From contig NC_088793.1 in assembly GCF_011386835.1 (NCBI RefSeq), positions 163,246,001 through 163,310,000 of the forward strand: a DNA stretch of 64,000 nucleotides. Direction: 5' to 3'. The notes beneath the pieces were generated by a model that saw nothing but the letters and a program-made list of their open reading frames with translations, was not told the DNA's origin and did no database searches. Each line of letters begins with the position of its first letter. Position 1 is the stretch's first letter. Source of the DNA: Chrysemys picta bellii. Taxonomy: Eukaryota. This document shows, piece after piece, positions 49,721 to 62,143 of the stretch. Made by a program: the position numbers and the translations under genes.

Positions 49721-50385
49721 AGATAGACATGCAGTGAAGGAAAGAAAAAAAAATCCTAGAAGCCTATAGAAAATCCCTGGTCTCTTTTCCCCAGGTAATG
49801 ATCGCTCACATCAAAGCTGCTGTCTATTGGTGATTATCTTCACTGCTTTTGGGATTCTTTTGTGCCAGTCTCCTACATGTATCTGCTAGATCTTTTACCT
49901 CCTCTTTATCATGCATAAGCAAGAATATATGGTTGAGCTGCGTACACTGTATTTTCTCATTCATATCACCTGGCAACCCTAAGTTGGACTAACTATGCAC
50001 AAGACTTCACAGGTATCATGGTCCAACAGGGCAACTGAAACTGTGCTCCTTGTTCTTTCTCTAGTGCATCAGGTTTCCTAGAACCCTGTTCTATGCCTAC
50101 AACATTGACATGGGATTTCTCCCTCTAAAAGAATCATTTATTTCCTCTGTTAGAATAACTGCTAACAGCAGTTACTGAAGAAGCACAAGCATTGGGTTTG
50201 TCTGTTTACACCTACGTTACCTGCCAGTCTCATTATCAGAAAGATTATGCTTTTCCCCATCAAGTTTTATTCCTTAATTCAGTCGCATCATGCCTGCCTC
50301 CTACCTTCTATGTTGATGGAAGTGCCATTAGTGCAATGTAGGAGTCCCCTCAGTACCTACATAATATCTTCCCACCTTCTTGTTA

Positions 50386-50571
50386 TTCCTGGGGGAATTC
50401 TGCACCAAAAAAATTAAAAATTCTGTGCACAATATTTTAAAATTCTGCATATTTTATTTGTCAAAATAACAGAACATCATCACACTGGTTTCAATTATTT
50501 TGGAAATTTATTTCAAATACTTGACATCAAGTATGTCTGTAATAATAAACAACAAAAAAGATTCAGAAAAT

Positions 50572-50603
<32 letters not shown>

Positions 50604-51632
50604 ATAAATGGATTCTTTACTAGGCATATTAATACAGAACTTTGAGCAATAATTCATTTAAACTACAATACAGAAATGTATTTTCCACATGCCTCAGAAA
50701 CAGTGCAAAGGCTTGGGGGAGTCAGGGATACAGGGCCGGCTACAGGCACCAGCTTACCAAGCAGGTGCTTGGGGCGGCCACTTCGGAGAGGGGCGGCACA
50801 TTCAGCTGTTCGGCAGCAATTCGGCGGACGGTCCCTCACTCCTGCTCGGAGCGAAGGACCTCCCGCTGAATTGCCGCCGCAGATCGCGATCGCAGCTTTT
50901 TTGTTTTGTTTTTTTGTTTGTTTGTTTGTTTGTTTGGCTGCTTGGGGCGGCCAAAACCCTGGAGCCAGCCCTGCAGGGGTAATAGAGGAGCTGAGGGAGA
51001 GGGAAGTAATTGCTAGGAAGGAGCCTGGGAGTGAACCTGGAGGATTGTTGGGTGTGGGTGGGAGAAGTATGGAGCAGGGCTTTTTTGGGAGGTGGGGAGG
51101 GATTCTGAGGGAGTTAAATAACCTCCCCCATGCAGACCCTTGCTGACCCCTACCTTCCCCCATTCTATCAGGTGCATCTGCCTTGTCCCCATGTGGTCCT
51201 GCACCCCCATTCAGCCACCCTCTTCCCCCCCCATTCCCATGTGGCCCTGTACCTCTACTCCCATTCAGCCCCGGCTCAGTGCTGTCACCCCACTAGTTGT
51301 TCTGAACCTCAGTTGATGTGCCCCCTTCCCCGTAGCCCTGTGTGCCTCACTCTGTCTATCTTCCCCATATCCTGTGCCTCCTCACCTGGCCCCGTGAGCA
51401 GGGCGCTGTGAGGAATGCAGCCACTGCCCCCTCCCTGTCCACGGCTGGCTGCTCTGGCCAGTGAGCCAACAGCCCTCTCTTTTGGTGACACAGCAGCCCC
51501 TGATGAGCGAAAAGTGTAACTGCAGCATCTCTCTGACAGAATCTATTTTCTGCAGAGAAAAAAATCTGGGGTGGGGTGGGGGGACGGACATGAATTCTGC
51601 ACGTGTGCAATGGCACAGAATTCCCCCAGGAG
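50386..51632. mobile_element. TA-flanked non-autonomous DNA transposon (Tc1/mariner-like)
   Basis: 17-bp TIR (C/T)TCCTGGGGGAATTCTG; TA at 50384-50385 and 51633-51634. Confidence 0.7.
50731..50973. mobile_element. hAT MITE (same family as 39869-40104, opposite orientation), nested
   Basis: Ends cagggccggct / agccagccctg; TSD CAGGGATA/CAGGGGTA. Confidence 0.85.
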
Positions 51633-51849
51633 TATCTTGTGCTGCAGACCATGTGCTCCTCCACAGTAGAGGTATCTGCTCTCATAAGATAAGGCAGCAT
51701 CCACCATGCTGTTTGATTTCTCTCATTGTTATCTGCTGGTATTCTCAAAATAACCTTAATTCATATTGTTGAAAAGGAACATGTTGTCTACTCCCCTAGT
51801 GGGATTGCCCTCGATGTTGATCTCTTACATGTCTTTTGGAACACTTTGT

Positions 51850-52010
51850 GGCCTGAGCTTGATGACTATTGAGTTTCTCATCCTGTCTTTGACACTGTCT
51901 TCTGCTGTGGCTTTGGGTCTTTTGGGGTTTGTTTCCCTATTTGTAGAATGGGGATAATATTTACCTACCTATCTCACAAGGATATTGTGAGGATTAATTA
52001 ACATTTAAGG
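51850..52010 (+). mobile_element. MIR-like CORE-SINE
   Basis: gtttccctatttgtagaatggggataatatttacctacctatctcacaaggatattgtgagg. Confidence 0.6.
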
Positions 52011-54574
52011 TGTTTAGGTCTTAAATATAATTTCCCCATATCTGTTGTATATTTCTGGTGGTTTAGTTTTAGAAAATTACTCTGTTTTAACCACCCTTAA
52101 TCTCTTTAGCCAGTTCCTCATCCTCATGTGTATAGGTCTGAGGAAGAGCATAAACTCCATTACTTCCTGTCCCACTCTAGCTCCCTTCCATCATTTGCTG
52201 ACTGGACCCTCATCATACTTTCCGAAGTATCAGGTCAGCCGGTCTAGTCTTCCCCAAACCTTATTCTGAATGTCATTGATTCTGTATCAGCCATATTGCT
52301 GTCCCTGCAATTGATCAACAGCCTGAAGCTTGGACTTATAGTACCCCATCTAAAGCTAGTTTTATCATTCCTTTACTGGAGGAGGGCAGAGGACTGCTCC
52401 TTAATCCTTCACCTGGTATTTTTCTGCATCTTTATCCAGTGCTTGCTTGCTGCTGCTAAGGGATTGCATTGAACTGGGCTAGATTTGGATCTTTTTGACT
52501 TTGCCATCCTTCTTCCACAAGGCATTTTCTCTTTGTCTCTCTTGTGTCCTTAGCTGAGACCTTGTTTCTTGGCTTCTTAGTGCTGTGAATTGTGGCACAG
52601 CCACCCCAACTCTTTCAGAGTAACTTTTCCTGCCCTAGCCCGTAGGCCCTTTGGCAGGCAGGGCATCCTTAAGTCACGACATAAGTCTACTCTGGCCATT
52701 TAATCAAATAAAGAAAAGGGAAGTCCCCAGGATAAAACATCCTGCTTTCAATCCCTCAAGAGGTATGGGGCTGAGAGGAAGAGGACCTTATTTTTTTTTC
52801 TAAGATATTGCAAGTCTGTGATCTATCCTATTTGTGAATGCTAAAATCCTTTTACCTTAGGATTTAAAAAATGATCTATTACCAAATTCTAATTTCCCCC
52901 CTTATAATAGTTTAAATACTCGCCCCCCAAATCTGACTCTTAAAAATTAAGATAAATATTTGTCAAAAGAAACACTGTGTAATATTTCTCTGGAGGGTGG
53001 GTGAACATTCTTGTAGTTGAATCTCTGAAATGTAACTGCACCAGTCTAGTTGGGGAAAATTTTGTTTGAAGACGTATTACGTTCCACGATCAAATGGAAA
53101 ATATGGCACCTGTCATCATATTTAGAAAACAGCTGGGTAACATGGCCAAGTGCCACAGTCTCTTTTCACATGGCCTTTATGATGAAACCATCCAAGCTCC
53201 AGTCTCAGCAACTGGAGAAACCCTGTGCCTTTAAATGGTTACAGAAACATCTACTTAAGGGACAGCTCTTATTGCAGCAAAGTTTGCTTCTGATGCTTCT
53301 AATTAGCAGTTAATGGCTTACACTTTACTTTTGTAACCCAGTAGGCTTTCTTCTATGGTCTTTTTCAGCTATTTGTGGCAGTCAGATATATGCATTTTGT
53401 GCTGCTTTCATGCTCTCAGAATATATTTGAAATCCGTCTCAAGCCAAGATTTCTTTAGTACTCAGATATTTAATTTAAATGAGTCAGAATTTCCTGTGTG
53501 TAGATTTTTCTTTTATCTAAGATATTAAAAAAACAAAAAAACCCCACCACCCTCTAATGGGTTAATTGCCCTTGCTGATCTAGTCTTTGATGCAAAATCT
53601 CCTAAATACATACATATATTTTTAATTAAAATATTTATATACACAAAGAAAACCTTGGCCTTTTTTTATATTTGCAAACATAGCTCCAACACAATCTCAT
53701 TTAAGAAAATATTTTTCCAGCTGAACACAGTAAGGGAACATGCTGAAACTCCATTGCTATTTCAAAAAGCAGGTGTGTTGGTAGAGATTAGCAGTCTTCA
53801 TACTGATTTTCAATTAAATGACAATGGGATTACTAACAAAGAATATATATTACAGTGTCTGAGTGTGTGTATATCATGTATGATAATGCATCTATAGCTG
53901 AATTTTAAAAAACCCTTTTTTAGAAATATCGCTTAATGGCATAATAACTTCATAACTGAATGAATCTTTAAAGGTGCCATTTTGCTGTTCCTTTCCAGCA
54001 GCAAGCCTATCCCATTGACCTAGGGTTCGAACCTGCTGTCTTTACTCACTTCCAATGAAGTGGTCTTTAACACAGACTATACTGAATGGAAGGGGGAGCT
54101 TTCAATGCACCAGCCAAGGAGGAGGAGCTGTGGGGAAGCACCTCTTTCCCAAGCCAGGGAGAAGAGGGGCAGCTTCCCTCTGCTTTGATCAGAGGTAGGT
54201 GAGCTGTGCTCTCACCCCGCTCCCTGTTACTGTAACCCCTGCATTGAAGTCATAGGGCCCAATCCTCCATCTCTTACTCATACAGGTAATCACAGGGTTC
54301 GTAAGGAATTACCGGCATAGACTCATTTGGAGGAAGTGATTATAATGCTTTAAAAGTTATTGTCATTTAACTTCTTTAAAGAAATCATGTGAACATGGAA
54401 AGGACCAACATGTACCTTTTTACTAAAAATAATTATGCCCCTGATTTGGATGAGAATGCTCAGTTAGAGATAAAATCCAGCTTTTCACCTGGCCAGCTCT
54501 CTCATGACACACGCAGGGCTCAGTCACAGCTGTGCAAGGACTACAGGATCAGCCTCTATCTGATATGTATCTCT

Positions 54575-54787
54575 GGGTATGGCTCCACAGGAATAAAAAA
54601 CCCACAGCAGGCCCCGCTCAGCTGACTTGGGCTCATGCGGCTTGGGTTCCTGGCAGAAATATTGCTATATAGACATTCAGTGGCCCAGAGCTTGGTCTCT
54701 AGCCTGAGCCCGAACAGCTACACAGCAATTTGTAGCCCCACAGGCCAAGTCAGCTGATGGGGCTTTTATCCCCATGTAGACATATCC
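54575..54787. mobile_element. PIF/Harbinger-like MITE
   Basis: Ends gggtatggctccac / gtagacatatcc followed by TAA; internal palindrome. Confidence 0.55.
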
Positions 54788-56799
54788 TAAGATGCAAATC
54801 CTCTTGCAGCTGCATTTCCAGGTATGGGCTGGAGTGGTGGTCACAGGCCCTCTATGCCACTTATTCATTGTGTTGGGGCCACCAAGCCCACATCAATTTT
54901 GAATTCCATGACCCGTCCCTGGTTCCATCCCAGGGAAGTTATGCAGGGCCAGCCCCAAGGTAGGATACAGTGGCTTGGAAGGCCTTTTGGGAGCCTTCCA
55001 CGTCATAGATGAATTATACCCAGACAGAATCCCTCTCATCCACAATTTACCAAAAATCTTACCGCGAATCTGTCTTGTGGGATTAATTTCGAGCTCCGTA
55101 TCCACAAATATGAGGCTCCCTCAAGTCATCTGTGTCTCCCAATGGATGGTCAGATTCATTAGTGAACACTTCATAAATAGTTCTATTTGTTTTTTAGGAT
55201 TGCCAAGAAACATTGGCTGTTCAGAATCAAAACTCAACTTGATGCTGGAGGCAAAGAGAAATTCAGAACTTATGAGAGTATATTTTTAACATTTCTAATA
55301 GAATATATGGGAGAAATGAGGCCATGAATAATGGATGTCTTATTAATATCGCATGTCAAAGTGTACAGCGTCCTAACACGAGAGCGGACTGAAACTGTGA
55401 CTTTCTTCACGAGCAAATAAAAAGATAAGTCATTCTAGAGTGGAAAGTCTGAGGGAGAGCAGCACATCACTCTGTGTCACAGGAGTGCTACTCTTGCCAT
55501 TAAATTAAACCCCACTGACTGATCTCACTTGATGAACCCTTTTGGAAGTTCTTTTTTTAAAGCTAACAGATTGGACTTCTAATTTTAGTTCTGATGGCTT
55601 ATAATTAGAAATATTTCCAAACTTGTTTACAAACACCTGCACTGGGAGCGTGTGCCTGCAATTTTAGAAGGACTCACTTGTCACCTCTAGCAGGGGGTGA
55701 AAGTGCATTTCAGTTCTCTGTGCTTGTACAGTTGCTTGACACTGGAGCAAAAGTTGCTGCTTTAAAAAAAACAAACACACTCTTACAGTGACGTTTTGAG
55801 TGGGATTCTACACGCTGAACTGACATCAATTTTTTTTTTCTTAAAGGAGCTTTTTACTGCTTTGAGATCAAAAGGATGGTTGGTCAGTGGCTAGATTTAA
55901 AGGAGAAAGTCCAGTGACTAATTTTAGCAGCTCTATTCTGCACTGGAGAGGATGATTTTTATGTTTTTTCTCTATTTATCCATAATATAAACATATTCCT
56001 TCCTTGGATACAGTCTTTCAGTAACGGGTTTGGAAACAGTTGTAAGAGACCATACTACAAGAAGCTGAAGATTAGAAATGAATACCTGTAGTTGAGCATG
56101 CAAAGCAATGATATCCTAAGATCTTGAGTGGGGCTTCAGCGGCATGTATCTCCTTATGTGGAATTTCTGTGCTAGGGTGAATTTCATGCTTGGCTCACTG
56201 ACAACCATTTTTATCTTTCTAAAGAACAAAAATTTAATTTTGCCTACTGAGGACGGTATAAAATAATCAAGAACACACAACATTAACATTTATAGAATCA
56301 CTTACATTGGCATTAGAACTGCGAGCTTAGCATGGCATATTGTGACAATAATTCTTTGGCTCATCATTCTTGCCCTTATACCCATTACACATGGATGCTA
56401 GCGTCTGTATTTAGATTTAATAATGTTGCTGGTGAATTTTCAAAAAAACAAAACAAAACCTGCCCCATTTTATGTGTCCCCAAGGGCCTTTTATGCTGCT
56501 AAAGGGGGCAGAAGGAACTCTGAGAAAATAGCCCTACTATGGGGTGGGGCAGTGATGGCATAAGCAGCCCTATTGGCTGCTCTCTGCAGTAGCTATTCCT
56601 AGCTGCTGTGCAGCCCATTGTTAGCTTTGGGGAAGCACCTATCCTGGGAGCCACATAAGCCCTAGAAGGAGCATTTAAACTGGAAGGGGTAAAGGTGCCA
56701 TAAAGCAACTTTCCTTTACTCCCACCTCCTGTGCTGTGCCATATGAGTGGCCCAGATCCTGTGCTGAGCCTACATGTTCATGTTTAACACAGTAGAAGC

Positions 56800-56960
56800 A
56801 AGGTGAGTGTGGTCAAAGAAGTTACTTAGCCTTTCTGTATCTCTAGATCCATATATGTAAAGTGGGGGTGATAATTCTCACCTCTCAGTGGTGCTGTGAG
56901 GCTTAATTATTTAGTGTTTCTAAAGCACTTTGAGATCCTGGGCTAGAGGACACTGTAGGA
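56800..56960 (+). mobile_element. MIR-like CORE-SINE
   Basis: aagttacttagcctttctgtatctc...tgtaaagtggggg...aaagcactttgagatcc. Confidence 0.6.
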
Positions 56961-58453
56961 TACTCTGAGTTTTTATTATTTATTCTTGCACCCTTACAAC
57001 AAATGTGCTTGACAACTGTTTTCCAACATGCTTTTAGGTGACATCATTTTAATAAGGCTTCCCTGTCAGTGTTGGACAGGTATTTATTTATTTATTTTAA
57101 ACCATACTAGCCACAACTGTGCTTCAGATATGGCCCTTAGGAAGTCTAAAGAATAGTTTCTTAACAAGTGAAGATGCAAATCATGTTACAACCTTATTAG
57201 GCTGTGAACGTGTTTGAAAATAGCTTCGAACACGATTACAACCCTTAATGTGGTCAGTCTGAGCTGATCAGAATTAGAAATAACTGACATTCTAGAAATC
57301 ACTGCTTATGATTCAAGGTTGACTGTAGACATTAGAGAAAAATAAAATCTCTTACCTTGCTGGAACTCGCACTTTTTGTATTTTATTGAGGGTTCCTCTG
57401 TTCAATGGGAGAAAAGAAACCACCTTCCAAATTGATGCGTGAACGGAAATGTTGCTTCATTCCAGCGTTATCAGTTTTCCTCTATTTTTGTTTGCTTGTG
57501 TCAGCTCTGTGCCCACTTTACTAAGTGTTAATATGTAGAAATGTTTCCAAAAGGTTAAGGGAGGCTCAGAAAGCCAGAACTATGCAAGTATGGAAAAATC
57601 CACCTCGCCAGCATGGTCTTTTTTTAAACAAAACCATACACTAAAGCTTTAGGCGTTCTTTGAGATTATGAGAGTAGAATGATTACAATTAAAATGACTG
57701 GCAAGATCTTAGATTTGCAAGATAAAGAGGAAAATAGGTGACTGAGATGCAACAGTTGCAATGCTATCCCATCAACTTCCCCTTCAGTCTGACCTAGTCT
57801 CTTATATGAAGGCTCATCATCTTTGGATGACTGAATGGACTGTGTGTGTTTAAGCAGTAACTTTTCCGGGGACTCTCATTCTGCAAGATGAGCAACCTTT
57901 CTTATGTGGTTTTCCGAGAGAGAGAGAGAGTGAATCTAGGAAACTATTAATTGAAATGAATGGAGTAGTCTCTAAAAGAAAGAATAAGCGCTTCAGTGTT
58001 CTGTTTTGGTTCTGTGCTCAGAATATCTTTTAGTTCCTTTTGTAGATGGGTTCTCTTTCTATGTTTAATAAGGGAAGGATTGCTATCCCTAAGAATTATG
58101 TGTAACTGAGTGCATAAGCTTGATGCATGTTGTACACTTGCATTCATATGCAGCTACACATAGGAAGCTTGGGGGAGGCAATCTGTGGTTGTTTTAATAT
58201 CAAATATGATGGTTGCCAAAGGGAATTCACACAGATTCCCAGTCTGTGAAGTACCAGTATCTAAGCTAGAGCTGCATTCTCAGTGCAAGAACGAAATATC
58301 AACATGATAAAAAAAAAAATGGACTACCTGATGCAAATCCACTCACCTGTCCCATTTTCCATACCTGTTAACCAGTTCAGCTTTTTTTTTTCTCTCTCAA
58401 GGAAGTAAAGAAGAAAGCTAAGCAATTTTATTTACTGTAAAGAAGCAAAGATG

Positions 58454-58682
58454 AAGCGGGTCTCAAACTTTTTTACTGGTGACCCCTTTCACATTGCAAG
58501 CCCCTGAGTGCGACCCCCCCCACCCCCCATAAATTAAACACACTTGTTAATATATTTAACAGCATTATAAATGCTGGAGGCAAGCGGGGCTTGGGGTGGA
58601 GGTTGACTGCTTGTAACACCCCCGCCATGTAATGCCCTCACAACCCCCTGAGGGGTCCCAAGCCCCAGTTTGAGAACCCCTG
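58454..58682. mobile_element. hAT-Charlie-type MITE
   Basis: Ends agcgggtctcaaac / gtttgagaacccctg. Confidence 0.7.
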
Positions 58683-60799
58683 GACTATGACAACCTGTTA
58701 CCTATGAGAGTGACATTGACTACTGGAAATGATCATAATTTTTCACCTTTAATGCTTGGCACCTTCACATTATATATAGGTAAATGCAGTCATTTAAGAA
58801 AGTATTTGCATCTTTGAAATAGCTCCATGCTATGGTAAATACTCATTTTTGTTTGTTTGTTTTGTTTTTGTTTAATTGCATGTTAGATACTGGTTGTGCA
58901 ACCAAGCTGAAGGGATAGTGCATGAGGTTGGGTTGTTCTCAAGCCACATCAGCACATATGCCTCTAGTTCACCAGAAATTTAAGGCTGAACTTTCCTTTC
59001 TGTGCAAAAAAGCCAGGACAAGACCCATGTATCATTTAAATCCAACTCAAGTCCTATTTGGAGGGCTTAAGTGGTACACCCTTAAATGTGAGGGTGGAGG
59101 GGGACCCTTTGTACAGGGTATGGATTTCACTCTCAGTGAGTACCAAAACCACCTCTGTCCTTAGCTTGGCATAAATGTGTGGCTGGAACGGCTTTTTTTC
59201 TGAGTAAAGTGTGGGAGTACTTTGGCTCAAGCATATGTACTTTTTAATGAATTGGCCTTGCTATAGTAGCGGAAGCCAAATAAGGTGCTCAAGCCTAGAA
59301 CACTGGGGAGGAAACTGAATTGACACAAAGCACAGTCATAGTTTTTAACTTTATATAATGTATTTCGCAATATATTAGAAAATTAACTTTGTGACAAGTG
59401 GCAAGACCTGTTATGTAAGTAATCCAACTGTAGAGCTGGTTGGTGTTCTTACTTTCATTTGAGCTTCCCTGCAATGTGAGTCTTGAAGGAATGAATGCCT
59501 GACACAGTCCCTGCTTGGTTCTCTGGTAAGTCATTTGAATCTGTCTTTCCACATAGTCACTTTCCAAGCTACTGAATAAAAAATAAGGAAATTTTTCATG
59601 GAGTACTTTAAAAGAGAGCTGTTAATCAATTTTTCTTATTATTTTATGCCTTGTGATTTTTACACCACCCCCACCAGCTGGTTAATCATGCAAAAGCTGA
59701 ACACTTCATTAGCCAGAACATGTTTGCCCATGGGCATTTCTGTAGTAAATTAGTTCTTTCTATTTATACAGGTAAGTCATGGCCAAAAGACTTTAAGGTG
59801 CCAAAGGTAAGGGTTGGAATTAATTCCTTTTCTGAGTCTTCAAGAGAACTTGTTTTTACTCTGAGCACCAGTGGTTTGAAAAAATTACTTTTGAATTAAA
59901 GATGATATGGAGAAAAGATCATTCTCAGGCTGGTCCAAAAAAATTGTGTCTTTCTGGATGTCTAATGTGGCCTCTGCTGCATATTCTCTCTCTCTCTCTC
60001 TCTCTTTTTTTTTTTTTTTAAAGTGTGTGTATGTGTGTGTGTGTAGGAGGCAGGGGGGCATATTGACCACTGTTAGAGCACTTTTTTTTTTTTCATAGTA
60101 GGTGCCTTTTAAACCATTAATTGAAAAGATGTGGTTTATAGATGCTTTGTTCCCTCGAATCAAATGATACTGTCTGAAAGCATAGAATAGCCCAACAATG
60201 AATTTAGCTTTCAGTCAAAGGCTGATATAGTCTTGCTGTATATCACCATTTCCTGGAATCAATGTCATTTTATGTCCACCTAGAATAGAAAGTCTAGATG
60301 GTGGTTGCCTTAATTTAACCGATCATCACATTCATTACAGAGCCAATCATGAATTCCTCACATGCCCACAACTCCCATTGATTTCAGTAGCTCCTTTGGG
60401 TGGATAAGGTGTGCAGGATCTAGCCCTAAGCCTCTAAAAAGTTGCCATTTTTTGTGACTAGTGAATAAACACTAAAATTCCTGCTAAGTTTAAGCTGTGG
60501 CTCATGTCAGCTTCCTTTTCTAAATGACTATAAGAGCATCCCAGAAATATATATTTGTCACCATATCTCTTGGGCTTGCTTTGCAGTATTTTACTAAAGT
60601 TTTGCAAATGAATTTGGTGCTTGGTACGCAGAAGGTGAAAATTACATTGTTGTGGGGGCGCCATTAACTCCTAGCTGGTGGGGAGCCATTTATAAAAATT
60701 CTGGGATTGGGTGATGTTTCAGTCAAGTTTGTTTTGTTGCATATTTACTAATTAAGGTGCTATTCTTACTCATGCTGAATAGCACTATGTCATGCAAAT

Positions 60800-61019
60800 A
60801 GTGTGGCCCCCGTGGGTAGAGTGCCTGACTAGGACTCAGGAGGACCTGGGTTTTATTCCCAGCTCTGCCCCGGCCTGCTGTGTGAGCTTGGGCATGTTAC
60901 TTCTCTTCTCTTCTCCTCTCTTCTCTTCTCTTCTCCTCTGTTTTCAGTTTACATTTCTGTAAAATGGGGGTAGTAATACTGACCTCCTCTGTAAAGTGCT
61001 TTGAGATCTGCTGATTAAA
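60800..61019 (+). mobile_element. MIR-like SINE with an internal (CTCTT)n expansion; tail interrupted by a PLE
   Basis: tRNA-like head gtggccccgtgggtagag..ggacctgggttttattccc, CORE motif, tail gtaaagtgctttgagatc. Confidence 0.75.
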
Positions 61020-61178
61020 GCGACAAATTGTCCCGTGGCACCTTCTAGACTAACAGACGAAATTGGAGCATAAGCTTTTGAAAGCTCATGCTCCAATACA
61101 TCTGTTAGTCTATAAGGTGCCACAGGACTCTTAGTCTGGATCTGTAAAAAGTGACAAACACGGCTACCCCTCTGATAC
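61020..61178. mobile_element. Penelope-like terminal remnant, fold-back
   Basis: About 49-bp inverted arms (61030-61079 / 61081-61128); 9-bp TSD CTGATTAAA (61011-61019 / 61179-61187). Confidence 0.75.
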
Positions 61179-61344
61179 CTGATTAAAAGTACTGTATAAG
61201 AACTAGGTGGTGATGGCAGTGTTATTACTTGAGGAATAAGGTATCCCTCAATATCCGGAACAACGGCACAATCTTGGCTTTGCAGATTTCTAAAATAAAA
61301 TGAAGTATCCGAGACTGCCACAAAAGCACCTGGGCACTTTACAT

Positions 61345-61758
61345 CGGTAGTTCTCAACCTTTCCAGACTACTGTACCCCCTCCAGGAGTCTGATTTGTCT
61401 TGGGGACCCCCCAAGTTTCACCTCACTTAAAAACTACTTACTTACAAAATCAGATATAAAAATAAAAAAATGTCACAGCACACTACTACTGAAACATTAT
61501 TTACTTTCTCATTTTTACCATATAATTATACAATGAATCAATGGGAATATAAATATTGTACTTACATTTTCAGTGTTTAGTATAGAGAACAGTATAAACA
61601 AGCCATTGTTTGTATGAAATTTTAGTTTGTACTGACTTCACTAAAGCTTTTTACGTAGCCTGTTGTAAAACTAGGCAAATATCTAGATGAGTCGAGTACC
61701 CCCTTGAAGATCTCTGCGTACCCCCATGGGTACGCGTAACCCTGGTTGAGAACCACTG
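61345..61758. mobile_element. hAT-Charlie-type MITE
   Basis: Ends cggtagttctcaacc / ggttgagaaccactg; perfect 8-bp TSD CTTTACAT (61337-61344 / 61759-61766). Confidence 0.9.
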
Positions 61759-61854
61759 CTTTACATCAATAAAGCAATCAATTTTAAAATTGTATAGTGG
61801 AATTCCCTGCTCACTAAGAAAACCCCCATTCCCTGTTATGCCTAATGGTTGGTC

Positions 61855-62000
61855 CAATGGCTGGCCGAACAAATAGGTCTTACATTGTGCCTGTAAGCTT
61901 GGCAGACTTGGGCTCTGGCGGAACACCACAGGGAGCAGGTTCCAGACAGCTGTGTCCTCTACTAAGAATGTCTTGCCACTGCCCATGGAGAGATTAACTC
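61855..62000 (-). mobile_element. L2 LINE 3' fragment
   Basis: GKTFLVEDTAVWNLLPVVFRQSPSLPSLQAQCKTYLFGQ resembles the L2 ORF2 end. Confidence 0.7.
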
Positions 62001-62008
62001 CTTGAGTG

Positions 62009-62143
62009 TGACTCAATGGACTGCTGGACCTTGGCTGAGAGAGATTCGCTCAGATGACTGGGTCCCAGTTAATAAGGGGCTTAACCCAGTTGTAACCAAC
62101 CCACTGAGCTGCTTCTGACGTCACACAGGCAGGCAGTATAAAA
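62009..62143 (+). promoter_or_regulatory. Candidate Pol II core promoter: AP-1, CRE, TATA
   Basis: TGACTCA 62009-62015; TGACGTCA 62116-62123; TATAAAA 62137-62143; donor CCT|GTGAGT at 62356/62357. Confidence 0.55.

Noticed and set aside
54018-54084. tRNA-like A/B boxes on the minus strand
   Set aside because: No cloverleaf could be built; more likely a SINE head than a tRNA gene
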